Assembly: GCA_965197585.1 (NCBI GenBank)
Contig: OZ240215.1
Location: 2,336,001 to 2,400,000 of the forward strand
Length of the DNA: 64,000 nucleotides
Reading direction: 5' to 3'
DNA from: Dehalococcoidia bacterium
Lineage (GTDB): Bacteria > Chloroflexota > Dehalococcoidia > Plut-88900
Shown piece by piece: positions 38,308 through 48,223 of this stretch (positions are counted from its first letter, which is position 1; each line of letters begins with the position of its first letter). The position numbers and the translations under genes were made by a program. Under the pieces are notes generated by a model. That model was not told the origin of the DNA, ran no database searches, and worked only from the letters and a program-made list of their open reading frames with translations.

Positions 38308-39561
38308 GTGCCCGACAACACCTTCCCAGTATTCGTCAACGCTCACACCCACAGCCACTCGATGCCGTTCAAAGGCTCGGTAGCTTCTGCTCCCTTTGAT
38401 ATCTGGATTGCCTACCGACTAGCCTCCAATGTCGGCAGGCTCTCCGCCCCCGAGCAGGTAGCCTGTGCCTTGGCCTGTGGCTTGGAGAACCTGAGCGCCG
38501 GCAACGCCGCAATTATCGATCACCTCTACTCCCCGATTACCGAGGAGAACGTCTACGGCGTCGCCCAAGCCTACGAGTCCCTCGGTATGCGGGCCTGGGT
38601 ATTCCCCAACATCGACAACCTCCCCGTCGGCGTCTACACCCGGCGTTTCTATCCCAAATATCCCAAGGCCATCCCTGACGACTCCCTTCCGGAAGAGGTC
38701 CTTACTAGGATCGAACCCCTCCCCTTCGAGCCCCGACTTGAAGCCCTCGTCGAACTGATCAAGGGCTGGAGCGGCAAGCGGGTACAGATTGGCCTCGCCC
38801 TCGGCAACGCCGTCTGGTGCACGGACGCCCTCCTCGAAGCTGCCAGGGACACCCTCTCAAAGCTAGACATCCCCCTTGAAATCCACGTCGAGGAGTCTCC
38901 CGTACAGCGCGAAGCCGCCATGCACCAGTGGGGAATGAGCGGAGCCCAGAGACTGGACAAGTTCGGGTTGCTCACGGAGCGCACCCTGGCCGCCCACTGC
39001 GTACAGGTGTCTCGGGATGACATCGAACTCCTCGCCGACCGTGGGGTCTCCGTCTCTCACAATCCCCTGAGTAACATGAAGCTGCAAAACGGCATCACCC
39101 CCATAGGCACGATGCTGCGGGAAGGCGTGAACGTGGCCCTGGGAAGCGATGGTTCCAACTCCGGCGACGAGCAGGGTCTCGGCCCAGTTATGAGGCTGGC
39201 AGCATCTCTGGCTAGGCTCAACGGCCTGCAGCAGGTGAGCAAAGACATCGAGCCTCAGGTCGTTAAACTGGGCAGCTCCAACGGCCACCGACTCTGGTTC
39301 CCCGAGGAAATCGGCAGCGACCGCATCGAGTACTCGGGCCCCATTGACCCGGTCAAGCTGGTCTGGACCGACACCGAATCCAGCATCAAGGAAATCTACA
39401 TTAACGACGAGCCGACCCTCGAAAAGGCTCGCTCCGTATTTCATCAGTCCAACGCCGCGGATACCATCGCAGATCTGGCCAAGAACACCATCAGCCCGGA
39501 GGGAGAAGAGTTGGTACGCCAAATTCACCCCCTCCTCCAGTGGTACGCCCAGGCCAAGTGA
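38308..39561 (+). CDS. Metal-dependent amidohydrolase (Atz/Trz/deaminase-like)
   Basis: VNAHTH, IHVEE, AHCV, HNPLSNMKL, LGSDG. Confidence 0.85.
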   Translation: MPDNTFPVFVNAHTHSHSMPFKGSVASAPFDIWIAYRLASNVGRLSAPEQVACALACGLENLSAGNAAIIDHLYSPITEENVYGVAQAYESLGMRAWVFPNIDNLPVGVYTRRFYPKYPKAIPDDSLPEEVLTRIEPLPFEPRLEALVELIKGWSGKRVQIGLALGNAVWCTDALLEAARDTLSKLDIPLEIHVEESPVQREAAMHQWGMSGAQRLDKFGLLTERTLAAHCVQVSRDDIELLADRGVSVSHNPLSNMKLQNGITPIGTMLREGVNVALGSDGSNSGDEQGLGPVMRLAASLARLNGLQQVSKDIEPQVVKLGSSNGHRLWFPEEIGSDRIEYSGPIDPVKLVWTDTESSIKEIYINDEPTLEKARSVFHQSNAADTIADLAKNTISPEGEELVRQIHPLLQWYAQAK

Positions 39562-39576
39562 GAAAGCGTATTAGGA

Positions 39577-40875
39577 ATGGCAACTAAGACCGACGTTATA
39601 GTCGTAGGCGGAGGAATCTCCGGCTGCGCTACCGCCTACAACCTCGCCAAGCGTGGCGCGCATGTCATCCTTCTTGAAAAGGGCCAGATCGCCGACGAGG
39701 CCTCCGGCAGGACTTGGGGCGCCGTCCGGCGGCAGGGCCGCCAGGCTCCCGAGGTTCCCCTGGCCATCGAGAGCCTGAAGCTCTGGGACAAGCTCAGCGA
39801 AGACCTGGGCACCGAGACTCATTTCATTCGCGGCGGCAACATTCTTCTCGCCTCTAATGCCAAAGAGCTCGCCGACTTTGAGAACACCGTCAGAATCACC
39901 AGGGAGTATGGCCTGGAATCCGACATAGTTGACCGCAAGCGGGCCCAGGAGATATTGCCCGGGCTCTCGGGCAAGTTCATCGGCGGTATGTACTCACCCA
40001 GCGACGGCTACGCACACCCCGTCAAGACCACCAATGCCTTCGCCAGGGCCGCCCAGGAGAACGGCGCGACGGTGCGTACCGGCTGCTCGGTGGAGCGTAT
40101 CGAGACTTCCGGCGGGCAGGTCAAGGGCGTCGTAACCGAACGCGGCGAGAAGATAGAGGCCGACGTCGTGGTCAACGCCGCCGGCGTCTGGGCTCCTCGT
40201 CTGGCCAGAACCTGCGACGTGAGGGTTCCGGTGCGCGTAGTCCGGACCCATGTCACCATTACAGAGCCCAAGCCCGACTACCGCGCCCCCCTCGTCTGGT
40301 CTCCCAGGGTCTCCTTCCGTCCCACCGCCGACGGCAACATCCTCCTGGGTGCGGGCTCCGCCCTCAAGGCCGACCATGACTTAGATCTCACCTCGGTGAG
40401 GGACTTGAAATACTTCCTGCCGGGCCTAAGCCAGTTCAGAAAGCAGATAGCCTTCCACGTCGGGAGCCAACTCCTGAACGACGTGCTTAGCCACGTGCCC
40501 GGCACGGTGCAGAACCGGAAGTTCTTCTCGACTACCGTGGGCGTGGAGCCCGAGGTGAACTGGAACACTATCAAGCGTATGCGCAAGGCCTTTTTCGAGC
40601 ACATGCCCCACCTGAGCGGCCTGCGATTCGTAAAAACCTGGGCCGGCCTCATCGACATCACCCCCGACATCCTGCCCGTCCTCGGAGAGGCGCCGGGGGT
40701 CAAGGGACTGATTCTGGCCACCGGCTTTAGCGGTCACGGCTTCGCCCTCGGCCCCATAACCGGCAAGCTGATCTCCGAGCTCATCCTGGACGGCACCCCC
40801 TCGTTGTCTCTCTACGACTTCCGCCTCACCCGCTTCGCCGAACAAGGCGTGGGCAAGATACGAAGACTGCAATAG
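39577..40875 (+). CDS. FAD-dependent oxidoreductase, DadA family
   Basis: GGGISG, ASGRTWG, WAGLIDITPD, GFSGHGF. Confidence 0.9.
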   Translation: MATKTDVIVVGGGISGCATAYNLAKRGAHVILLEKGQIADEASGRTWGAVRRQGRQAPEVPLAIESLKLWDKLSEDLGTETHFIRGGNILLASNAKELADFENTVRITREYGLESDIVDRKRAQEILPGLSGKFIGGMYSPSDGYAHPVKTTNAFARAAQENGATVRTGCSVERIETSGGQVKGVVTERGEKIEADVVVNAAGVWAPRLARTCDVRVPVRVVRTHVTITEPKPDYRAPLVWSPRVSFRPTADGNILLGAGSALKADHDLDLTSVRDLKYFLPGLSQFRKQIAFHVGSQLLNDVLSHVPGTVQNRKFFSTTVGVEPEVNWNTIKRMRKAFFEHMPHLSGLRFVKTWAGLIDITPDILPVLGEAPGVKGLILATGFSGHGFALGPITGKLISELILDGTPSLSLYDFRLTRFAEQGVGKIRRLQ

Positions 40876-40886
40876 TCGGGCCATAA

Positions 40887-42236
40887 CTACCCTCTCCCGG
40901 GCAGATAGTCCTCGCCTATCTGCCCCAGCTCTTCAAGTTCCCCGTATCGTTTGGCACTCATGCCCATCAGCTCCCGGTACACGTATTCGTTGTGCTCACC
41001 TAGGCACGGTGCAGGTCTTCGGATGCTATTGGGAAAGCACGAAATTTGCCCCATAATTCCTGGATACCGGTGAGTCCCCGCCTCGGCGTGGGTGACCTCC
41101 TGGAAGAAGCCAAGGGCTTTCAACTGTGGGTCCTCGTGTGCTTGGGCGGTATTGTGTACCATCCCTGCGGGCACGCCTACCGCCTGAAGCCTCTCCATCA
41201 CCTCTCTTGAAGTGAGGCCCTGCGTCCACTCCCCAATATGAGCGTCGATCTCTTCCTGGCATCTCCACCGACCCAGCACGTGGCAGTATTTTCGATCCAA
41301 GGCCCACGCTGGGCCTCCCAGCGCCCGCACCAGCCCTTCCCACTCCTCATCGCTACCCACACTGATCGAGACCCACTGGTCATCCCCCGCGCACGGATAT
41401 ACGTTGTGCGGGGCCATGGACATGTCCGCGTTCCCAATGGCCGTTTGGACGCGCCCGTTCATCGTGTAGTCCACAAACGCCTCTGCCAGGAAGGGTACCA
41501 GGCCTTCGGAGAGGGGTGAGTCGATAAGCTGGCCTTCACCGGTAGCCTGCAGGTGACGCAGAGCAATCAGGATTGAAAAAGCCGTGGTAATCCCCGCCAC
41601 CGCATCGGAGGGATACACGTCGTCTTTCAGGGACGGGTCGATATCCGGGTAACTGCGGACCCATGTATGGCCAATGAAACCCTCGATATGGGACCCCCAC
41701 GCTTTGAGTTCCTTGTACGGGCCGGTCTGCCCATAACCCGGCATCCTGGCCATTACCAGATCGGGTTTGACCTTGCAAAGGTGAGAGTAGTCGAGTGAGT
41801 AGTAATCCAGCACGTAAGGGGGATGATTCTCTAGTACGACATCCGATATGGAAATCAGCTCCAGAAGGAGATTTCGACCCTCCTCCCGACTCTCATCGAG
41901 CGTAACGCCCAACTTGTTCCTGTTCAGCACGTTGAAACCGACGTAGCGGTTCCAGGGTCTTTCGCCCCCGTCCCAATCTGGGTAGGCCCTCGACCACATT
42001 CGCTCCCCCACGGGCACTACTCCCCTGTGGTCGACCGACAACCCCCGCGTCCCGACAGGAAACCGCTTCCGGCTCTCTACCTGTATCACTTCCGCGCCCC
42101 AGTCGGCCAATAAGGTCCCGGCATAGGGCCCGGCCCAAGCCTGAGTAATGGCAACTACACGTACGCCTTCCAAGGGAAGGGATGGGCGCTTGTTTCCACT
42201 CTGTCGAAGTGTCGACGGGTTGTCACGCATGCTCAC
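40887..42236 (-). CDS. CaiB/BaiF family III CoA-transferase (catalytic Asp present)
   Basis: WAGP..LADWGAEVI, NRNK, GYGQTGPY, PSDAVAG, PCLGEHN. Confidence 0.9.
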   Translation of the reverse strand: MSMRDNPSTLRQSGNKRPSLPLEGVRVVAITQAWAGPYAGTLLADWGAEVIQVESRKRFPVGTRGLSVDHRGVVPVGERMWSRAYPDWDGGERPWNRYVGFNVLNRNKLGVTLDESREEGRNLLLELISISDVVLENHPPYVLDYYSLDYSHLCKVKPDLVMARMPGYGQTGPYKELKAWGSHIEGFIGHTWVRSYPDIDPSLKDDVYPSDAVAGITTAFSILIALRHLQATGEGQLIDSPLSEGLVPFLAEAFVDYTMNGRVQTAIGNADMSMAPHNVYPCAGDDQWVSISVGSDEEWEGLVRALGGPAWALDRKYCHVLGRWRCQEEIDAHIGEWTQGLTSREVMERLQAVGVPAGMVHNTAQAHEDPQLKALGFFQEVTHAEAGTHRYPGIMGQISCFPNSIRRPAPCLGEHNEYVYRELMGMSAKRYGELEELGQIGEDYLPGRG

Positions 42237-42306
42237 GACGGTGAATTGTTAATTCATATTCAGGGGATGTCAATACGAACGCTCTAGAGGGCGAGTAGCA
42301 TTAGAT

Positions 42307-42335
42307 TTGACTTCAGACGTCCAGACGTCTATTAT
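42307..42335 (+). promoter_or_regulatory. Promoter TTGACT-N17-TATTAT with tandem GACGTC palindromes in the spacer
   Basis: TTGACT-TCAGACGTCCAGACGTC-TATTAT directly before the MTase ATG at 42346. Confidence 0.65.
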
Positions 42336-42345
42336 TCAAGTTGAA

Positions 42346-43485
42346 ATGACAGAGAATCGAAGCAGATATGCACCCGGACGCGTAAGGGACGGCATAATCC
42401 AGGTAATGTCCCTCACTTCGAAACACTTGTCCGTCAAGGAGATCGAAGGGCGAGTGACGCAGGTGGTTGGCCCTACCCGAGCTTCCTCGGTTCGCTCCTA
42501 TCTGAGGTTGAATACACCAACGAGGTTCATACGGGAGGAACGCGGGGTATACGCACTCCGGTCAGCGGCATCTCTCGGGACCCAGAGAGAACTGCGTTTG
42601 GAAAGGGAATGGAGTCCCCCATTTTCTTTCGGGGCGGCCACTCTTTATCACGCGGACTGCTTCGACTGGCTGGGCCAACAAGATGACAATAGCATACATG
42701 CGGTTGTCACAGATCCTCCTTATGGTCTTCACGAATACACTCAAGAACAGCAGGCCAAGCTCCGGACCGGAAAGGGTGGCGTCTGGCGCGTCCCCCCTTC
42801 TTTTGACGGCCATGTTCGTTCTCCCCTACCTCGATTTACTACTTTAACTCCAGAACAACTTGACCAAATCAGGGCCTTTTTCTTTGTGTGGGGTCGGCTG
42901 CTCATACCCAAGCTTGTACCGGGAGCAAACGTAGTTGTGGCTTCCAATCCTCTAGTCTCTTACTTGGTGTCGACAGCTTTGGCGGATGCCGGTTTCGAGC
43001 GCCGGGGAGAGATTGTGCGGCTGACAATGACTTTACGGGGAGGGGACCGACCGAAATCTGCTCACGACGAGTTCCCCGACGTAAGTGTAATGCCTCGTTC
43101 CATGTGGGAACCCTGGATCGTTTGTCGCAAACCCTTGGAGGGCAGGGTCCAGGATAATTTGCGGAGATGGAATGCCGGGGGATTTCGGCGCCCCTGCCGA
43201 GACCGGCCATTCGGGGATGTGATTCGTTCTTCGCCAACAAGGAAATCAGAGCGAGCCTTAGCTCCACACCCGAGCCTCAAGCCTCAGGCCTTTTTAAGAC
43301 AACTGGTACGCTCGATCTTACCTCTCGGAGAGGGGGTCGTCTTGGATACTTTCGCAGGGGCAGGATCAACTCTAGCTGCTGCGGAATCAGTGGGCTACTC
43401 CAGCATCGGCGTGGAGAAAGACGAGGTATATTTCGAAATGGCCCGTGGCTCAATCCCGAAACTTGCACAGGTCTCTTGGGACTAG
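42346..43485 (+). CDS. Beta-class N6A/N4C DNA methyltransferase with N-terminal winged-HTH-like extension
   Basis: TDPPY, then HPSLKP and DTFAGAGST; codon usage unlike the flanking genes. Confidence 0.88.
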   Translation: MTENRSRYAPGRVRDGIIQVMSLTSKHLSVKEIEGRVTQVVGPTRASSVRSYLRLNTPTRFIREERGVYALRSAASLGTQRELRLEREWSPPFSFGAATLYHADCFDWLGQQDDNSIHAVVTDPPYGLHEYTQEQQAKLRTGKGGVWRVPPSFDGHVRSPLPRFTTLTPEQLDQIRAFFFVWGRLLIPKLVPGANVVVASNPLVSYLVSTALADAGFERRGEIVRLTMTLRGGDRPKSAHDEFPDVSVMPRSMWEPWIVCRKPLEGRVQDNLRRWNAGGFRRPCRDRPFGDVIRSSPTRKSERALAPHPSLKPQAFLRQLVRSILPLGEGVVLDTFAGAGSTLAAAESVGYSSIGVEKDEVYFEMARGSIPKLAQVSWD

Positions 43486-44093
43486 GCTCCACCTGCTTTA
43501 TATACCCATCTCTCCCGTAATCCCCGGATTCCATCCTTGTGTAGTGTTGCCGTGCGTGTGCCAAGTTCGCCGCGCGGGTTTTTTCGGAAGTCGTCAACCG
43601 TGACGTGTCCAAGATAAACTTCGGTGAAAGTCATGGGCCTTCGGTCCAGAGCTGGCTCCGATTCCGTATCCACCTGATATACAAACACACATAACCACTG
43701 GTTCCGAGCGCCATGGGTGTCTACGGCACCTCCGGCCTTACGTGTTGTCTTCACTTCCACCCCGTGTGTTCCAGCCTTGACCGCATTGGTAGGGTGCACC
43801 CCTTGAACTACAAGATCCGGATGTCCATTGTGATAACGATTTTCCGTAAGGACGCGTGAGTGCTTGGCCAAGCTGGCAGTCAGCATATCCGACAATACAC
43901 CAGACATTATTGCGGGCCGCAGCATATCGTCCAACCTTTGGAGGCCCTTACCGGTGAGATGAGCGTTCACGTCGAAGAAGAAGTCGTACACGTCCTGCAT
44001 TGCAAGTTCGAAGTCTTGCAGACGCAATTCATAAGGCAAGGCTAGCAGCTCGTTGAATCTACTTGCCTCTACTCTATTTCGAATAATTGGCAT
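43482..44093 (-). CDS. Putative type II restriction endonuclease (PD-(D/E)xK)
   Basis: HPDL..GVEVKTT motif; convergent with the MTase and overlapping it by 4 bp. Confidence 0.65.
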   Translation of the reverse strand: MPIIRNRVEASRFNELLALPYELRLQDFELAMQDVYDFFFDVNAHLTGKGLQRLDDMLRPAIMSGVLSDMLTASLAKHSRVLTENRYHNGHPDLVVQGVHPTNAVKAGTHGVEVKTTRKAGGAVDTHGARNQWLCVFVYQVDTESEPALDRRPMTFTEVYLGHVTVDDFRKNPRGELGTRTATLHKDGIRGLRERWVYKAGGA

Positions 44094-44140
44094 AGTAAAA
44101 AGTGCGGCAGTGACACAAGAAATTCTACAAGATAAGTAGT

Positions 44141-45361
44141 CTACACCACCCCCATCCGCCCCAGCCTTGCCAGCTCCGCTTTACTGTATCCCAGCTCCCC
44201 GCAAAGGACGTCCCGGTTGTGCTCCCCCAGCCAAGGAGCGGGCCTCGAGACCTGAATCGGTGTAGTGGATAGCTGTGCCGGCCTTACGGGAAAAGACTGT
44301 ATTCCCATCTCGGGATGCTCCACGTCAATCCACGGCCTCCGAACCAGCATGTGTGCGTCCTGGTGAAGCGACTCGTGGTTATGGACAGGCCCGACCATCA
44401 CGCCATGCCTCAATCCGGCATAAACAGCCTCATCGGTGGAATGCTGAAGCGCCCATAGCAGGAACTCTTCATTTACCATGGCGAGACGTTGCTCCGGGTC
44501 GGCAAACTCCTGGTTTTCTACAAGGTCGGGTTTGCCTACCATGGTCATGATTTTCTTCAGCCGACTGGGGATGGTTGGATTAAGGGTGTTGATATATCCG
44601 TCCAGGGTCGGAACAACTCCAGCCCCGGCAAGCACTATTCCCCGCGTTCTCTCCGCTATCTGGCCCGTGTAGGCGTAGTGGAGCAGGACCGGCACCCAGC
44701 GGTCGGCGGTGCCGGCCTGGGTCTCCATTGTCGAGAGATCAACGTGACTGCCAACACCCGACCGATCCCGGGAACGTGCCGCCATCATAGTCAGCAACGC
44801 CGCCACCAGCCCCGCCTGGAACTGGACTATCCTCCCGCCAGCCTTCACAGGCTCCCTATCCAGGGCGCCGCTAATGTGCAGGGGCCCCGACAGTCCGGAC
44901 AGGATCAATTCGGAGGCCTTGTACTCCCTGTAGGGCCCCTTCCGGCCAAAGTCACTGAGGGAGGCTATTACAAGGCCGGGGTTGATGTCGGACAGGTCCT
45001 CATAGCCCAACCCAATGGCCCCCATTGTTCCCGCGGGATGGTCCTCCACGACAACGTCAGCATTCTCCGCGAGTTTCCTGACCACGCGTCGCCCCACCCC
45101 CGACCCCACATCCAGCGTCACGCTGCGCTTGCCGCAGTTCACGTGGTTGTGCAACGTGCCCCGCTCGGGGTGGGGGAGGTTTCTATAGAACGGGCCGATT
45201 GTGCGAAGGGAGTTCCCTTTACCGGGCACCTCCACGTGAATAACGTCCGCCCCGAATGCACAGAGAGACCGGGCGCAGTACGCCCCCGGCAGATTGCTGG
45301 ATAGGTCCAGGACACGCAGGTCGTATAGAGGAGTGTGGGCGTTTGACAACTTTGCCTTCAC
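44141..45361 (-). CDS. CaiB/BaiF CoA-transferase subunit (catalytic Asp absent)
   Basis: GADVIHVE, NCGKRSV, GGRIVQFQAG, PWLGEHN. Confidence 0.88.
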   Translation of the reverse strand: MKAKLSNAHTPLYDLRVLDLSSNLPGAYCARSLCAFGADVIHVEVPGKGNSLRTIGPFYRNLPHPERGTLHNHVNCGKRSVTLDVGSGVGRRVVRKLAENADVVVEDHPAGTMGAIGLGYEDLSDINPGLVIASLSDFGRKGPYREYKASELILSGLSGPLHISGALDREPVKAGGRIVQFQAGLVAALLTMMAARSRDRSGVGSHVDLSTMETQAGTADRWVPVLLHYAYTGQIAERTRGIVLAGAGVVPTLDGYINTLNPTIPSRLKKIMTMVGKPDLVENQEFADPEQRLAMVNEEFLLWALQHSTDEAVYAGLRHGVMVGPVHNHESLHQDAHMLVRRPWIDVEHPEMGIQSFPVRPAQLSTTPIQVSRPAPWLGEHNRDVLCGELGYSKAELARLGRMGVV

Positions 45362-45376
45362 CGGGAGGTAGGACAG

Positions 45377-46684
45377 CTAATACAGCCGACCCATAAGTTT
45401 GGTCGCACCACCCGGGTTGCTGGCCCCGTACATCTGCCGGGCCTCGACCTCTATCTCCCCCGATGCCTCCTGGTCCCCGTGCAGCACCCGGCTCCCGCCT
45501 ATCACCCTGTCCATGGCGGGAAGTTTCACCTTGTTGTGGCTGTCCCCTGCAATCACCAGGGCGTCGGCCTCGGGGACCCAGTGCGTAAAGCCCGGGTCTC
45601 CCTCCCCTACCGTCATCTCCCCCGCCCCGATTGCCGTGCTGATCCCCGCCTCTTCACACATCCGGCATATCATCATTGTTTCGACGCTGGGATGTCCGTC
45701 GCTGAGAGGTGCGATGATTGCCGCATCCGCCCCCAGCATCTTCGCCGTACGTACCACGCTCCCCGCCTCCAGCTCCTTGTTTTCAAGCGTGTACGGAAAA
45801 GCGGAGTAGAAGAGGACGCCGAGGAAGTTTAGGTCGACGCCGTGCCGCGAATAAAGCTCTTCCACTATGGTGTTTTGCTGGTATGAGTATGTGCAGTCGC
45901 GGAAGTTGGCTGCAATCAGGAACCCGAAGTTCAACACAGCCCCGTCCATCAACTCGTTCGGGTGCATAGGCATTACCCAGTTCCGGGTCGTCGTGAAGGA
46001 GCCGTAGAAACTGGCAGCCAGGCTCTTGCACAGGTAGACGACTCCCGGCAGCTCCGGGTCCACCGGCCCGAGCTCGTAGGTTTGTGTGTGGTCGGGCGTC
46101 ATGCCCTTCACCTTCCCGGCGAGGAACTTGGCCGCTTTTAGGCACAGCTGCCGCGTGGCCTTCATCCTAAACTCGGCGTCACGGGTCCGGGTATCGACTA
46201 TGAACTGCTTTCGCCTCGCCGGATCGAGCTCCTCCCCTCCCGCTTTCGGAATGAAGTGCAGTACCAGGTTCACTGTCTGGGAGAAGGGCGAGAATTCCGC
46301 CCCAGGCCCAGACATGTCTATGATCGCCTCCCGCGCATACCAGTACTCCTCTCCAACAAAAGGCTCAGCCGTCCCGATTACCGTCATCCCCGCCAGCCTG
46401 TTCGTTACACCGCTGCCCACCTGAGTCGGGGACCCGAGCCTCCCTGGAAACACCATCCCCGGCCCCGACGCCTTGTCCCTCGGCTCCACCACGTCCACGG
46501 CATGCACTATCCGGGTGCTCTCTCCCGGCCTCGCCACCTCCATCCGGATGTCCTCGATATACGGGTCGGGGAGCAGATGCTCTTTCAGTTCCATCTTGTT
46601 GACGTACAGCGTTTTCCCCGAAAGACGCGTCTCCGAGGAGATTTCCACGTCGTGGATTTGGAAGGACGCCAGTTCAAGCCGCAT
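45377..46684 (-). CDS. Glycine/sarcosine/betaine reductase component B (GrdE-like) subunit
   Basis: MRLEL, PGESTRIVH..DVVEPR, IIDMSGPG, HPNELMDG, ELYSRHG. Confidence 0.85.
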   Translation of the reverse strand: MRLELASFQIHDVEISSETRLSGKTLYVNKMELKEHLLPDPYIEDIRMEVARPGESTRIVHAVDVVEPRDKASGPGMVFPGRLGSPTQVGSGVTNRLAGMTVIGTAEPFVGEEYWYAREAIIDMSGPGAEFSPFSQTVNLVLHFIPKAGGEELDPARRKQFIVDTRTRDAEFRMKATRQLCLKAAKFLAGKVKGMTPDHTQTYELGPVDPELPGVVYLCKSLAASFYGSFTTTRNWVMPMHPNELMDGAVLNFGFLIAANFRDCTYSYQQNTIVEELYSRHGVDLNFLGVLFYSAFPYTLENKELEAGSVVRTAKMLGADAAIIAPLSDGHPSVETMMICRMCEEAGISTAIGAGEMTVGEGDPGFTHWVPEADALVIAGDSHNKVKLPAMDRVIGGSRVLHGDQEASGEIEVEARQMYGASNPGGATKLMGRLY

Positions 46685-46698
46685 TTCGTCCCCTTCGT

Positions 46699-48009
46699 CT
46701 AGTAGAGCCCCGCCGACAACCGCGTCGGCCCCATCGGCGCCGAGAGCCCGTACAGGTTCCGCACCTCTATCTCAACCTCAACGTCGGCCCTCCCCAGGCC
46801 GTTAAGCAGCTCCGTGCCCCCTATAACCCTCTCCACGGCCGGCAGCTTCAACGTCTCCCTGTCATTCCCTGACACCACCATCGCATCCGCCTCCGGCACC
46901 CAGTGGTTCAGCCCCGGCTCCCCCGCCCCTGCCACCAGTTGCGATACCCCAACGGCTACCTTTATCCCGGACCGCTCGCACTTCTGGCACACCATCATGA
47001 AGGCCACCCCACTGTGCCCGCTCCTGAACGGAGATATGATCGCCACATCCGCCCCGACCGCGTGGGCCAGCTTCACCGCGCTGTCGCTCTCACGCTCCTT
47101 GTGCTCCAATGTCGCCGAGTGCCCCGTGAAGAAGACCACGCCGGCGAAGTTCAGGTCCTTCCCGTGCCGACTATACAACTCCTCAATTATCGAGTTGTTC
47201 TGGTGGAAGTAGGTGCAGTCCCGGATCGCCGGCTCGACAAAACGGTCGGACAGGACCAGTACGCCGTCCATTATCTCGTTGGGATGAAGAAGCATGGCGT
47301 GGTCGGAGGAGTAGTCAGACCAACCGTAAAGGGACGATCCAACGTTGTGGTGGATGTATACGACTTTCGGCAGATCTTCATTTGCAGGAGTGAGGTCATA
47401 GGAAGTTATGTCGTCCGGTGCAGCCTCGTGCGCTGCCCGGGCCAGGTATTCGGCAGCTCGGACTGTTAGAAGCCTCGTAGCCTCAATGGCACGCTCCCCC
47501 TCGTCGTCCCATGCATCAACCTGGAAGTTCTCCTTCTCCCGCGCCCCCTGCCCCGACTTCTCCTGCACGAACTTCACCACAAGATTGACAGTCTTGGAAA
47601 ACGGACACAACTCGGCCCCCGGCCCCGACATCTCGATGACTCCTTCCCGAAAGGCCCAGTGGTCCTCTCCTGCGAAGGGCTCCGCCACCCCGACGACCGC
47701 TACCCCATTTAGGCGGAGCGTTCTCCCCTCACCTGCGCCCAATGGCGGACCCAGGAGTCCGGGGAAGACGCGGCCCGGACCCGGGGCCTTGGCCCTCGGC
47801 TCCACCACGTCCAACGTATGAATAATTCGTACGGATTCGCCGGGTCTGGCTATATCGAGTTCGATAGCCTCAAACGGCGAGACCTTGGAAAGGTGGTCAA
47901 GGAGGGCGCCTTTGTCTACGTGGAGGACGCCATTTACGAGGCCGTCCTCATCTGAAAAGACAACGTCCTTGACATCGTAGGAGGCCAGTTCCAGGTGCAT
48001 GAGATCCAC
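46699..48009 (-). CDS. Glycine/sarcosine/betaine reductase component B (GrdE-like) subunit
   Basis: PGESVRIIH..DVVEPR, IEMSGPG, HPNEIMDG, TYFHQNN, ELYSRHGKDLNF. Confidence 0.85.
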   Translation of the reverse strand: MDLMHLELASYDVKDVVFSDEDGLVNGVLHVDKGALLDHLSKVSPFEAIELDIARPGESVRIIHTLDVVEPRAKAPGPGRVFPGLLGPPLGAGEGRTLRLNGVAVVGVAEPFAGEDHWAFREGVIEMSGPGAELCPFSKTVNLVVKFVQEKSGQGAREKENFQVDAWDDEGERAIEATRLLTVRAAEYLARAAHEAAPDDITSYDLTPANEDLPKVVYIHHNVGSSLYGWSDYSSDHAMLLHPNEIMDGVLVLSDRFVEPAIRDCTYFHQNNSIIEELYSRHGKDLNFAGVVFFTGHSATLEHKERESDSAVKLAHAVGADVAIISPFRSGHSGVAFMMVCQKCERSGIKVAVGVSQLVAGAGEPGLNHWVPEADAMVVSGNDRETLKLPAVERVIGGTELLNGLGRADVEVEIEVRNLYGLSAPMGPTRLSAGLY

Positions 48010-48223
48010 CTCGACGCATCGGCGCCGCTGCCGGGACTAGGGGGCTGATTATAGCACGGCTTTGACGTGCTTTCGTTGACAGCTCCCTTGCCTCGTGGCT
48101 AAGATTGTCCACGCTGACGAGGCCCTGAATTTCGGGGCCGTCAGCCACTCAATACCGCTGCCGACCAGTTAATCAAGCACTCCCTGACCGGCAGGATAAC
48201 CGGCTCCTTTCGAGAAACGAATT

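Noticed and set aside
45377-48009. Selenocysteine read-through associated with the Grd-like genes
   Set aside because: Both ORFs end in TAG with no in-frame TGA, and no GrdA/GrdB-like ORF was found.
48114-48146. CTGACGA-stem resembling a hammerhead ribozyme core
   Set aside because: The required GAAA is replaced by GTCA, giving a simple hairpin in the 5' leader.
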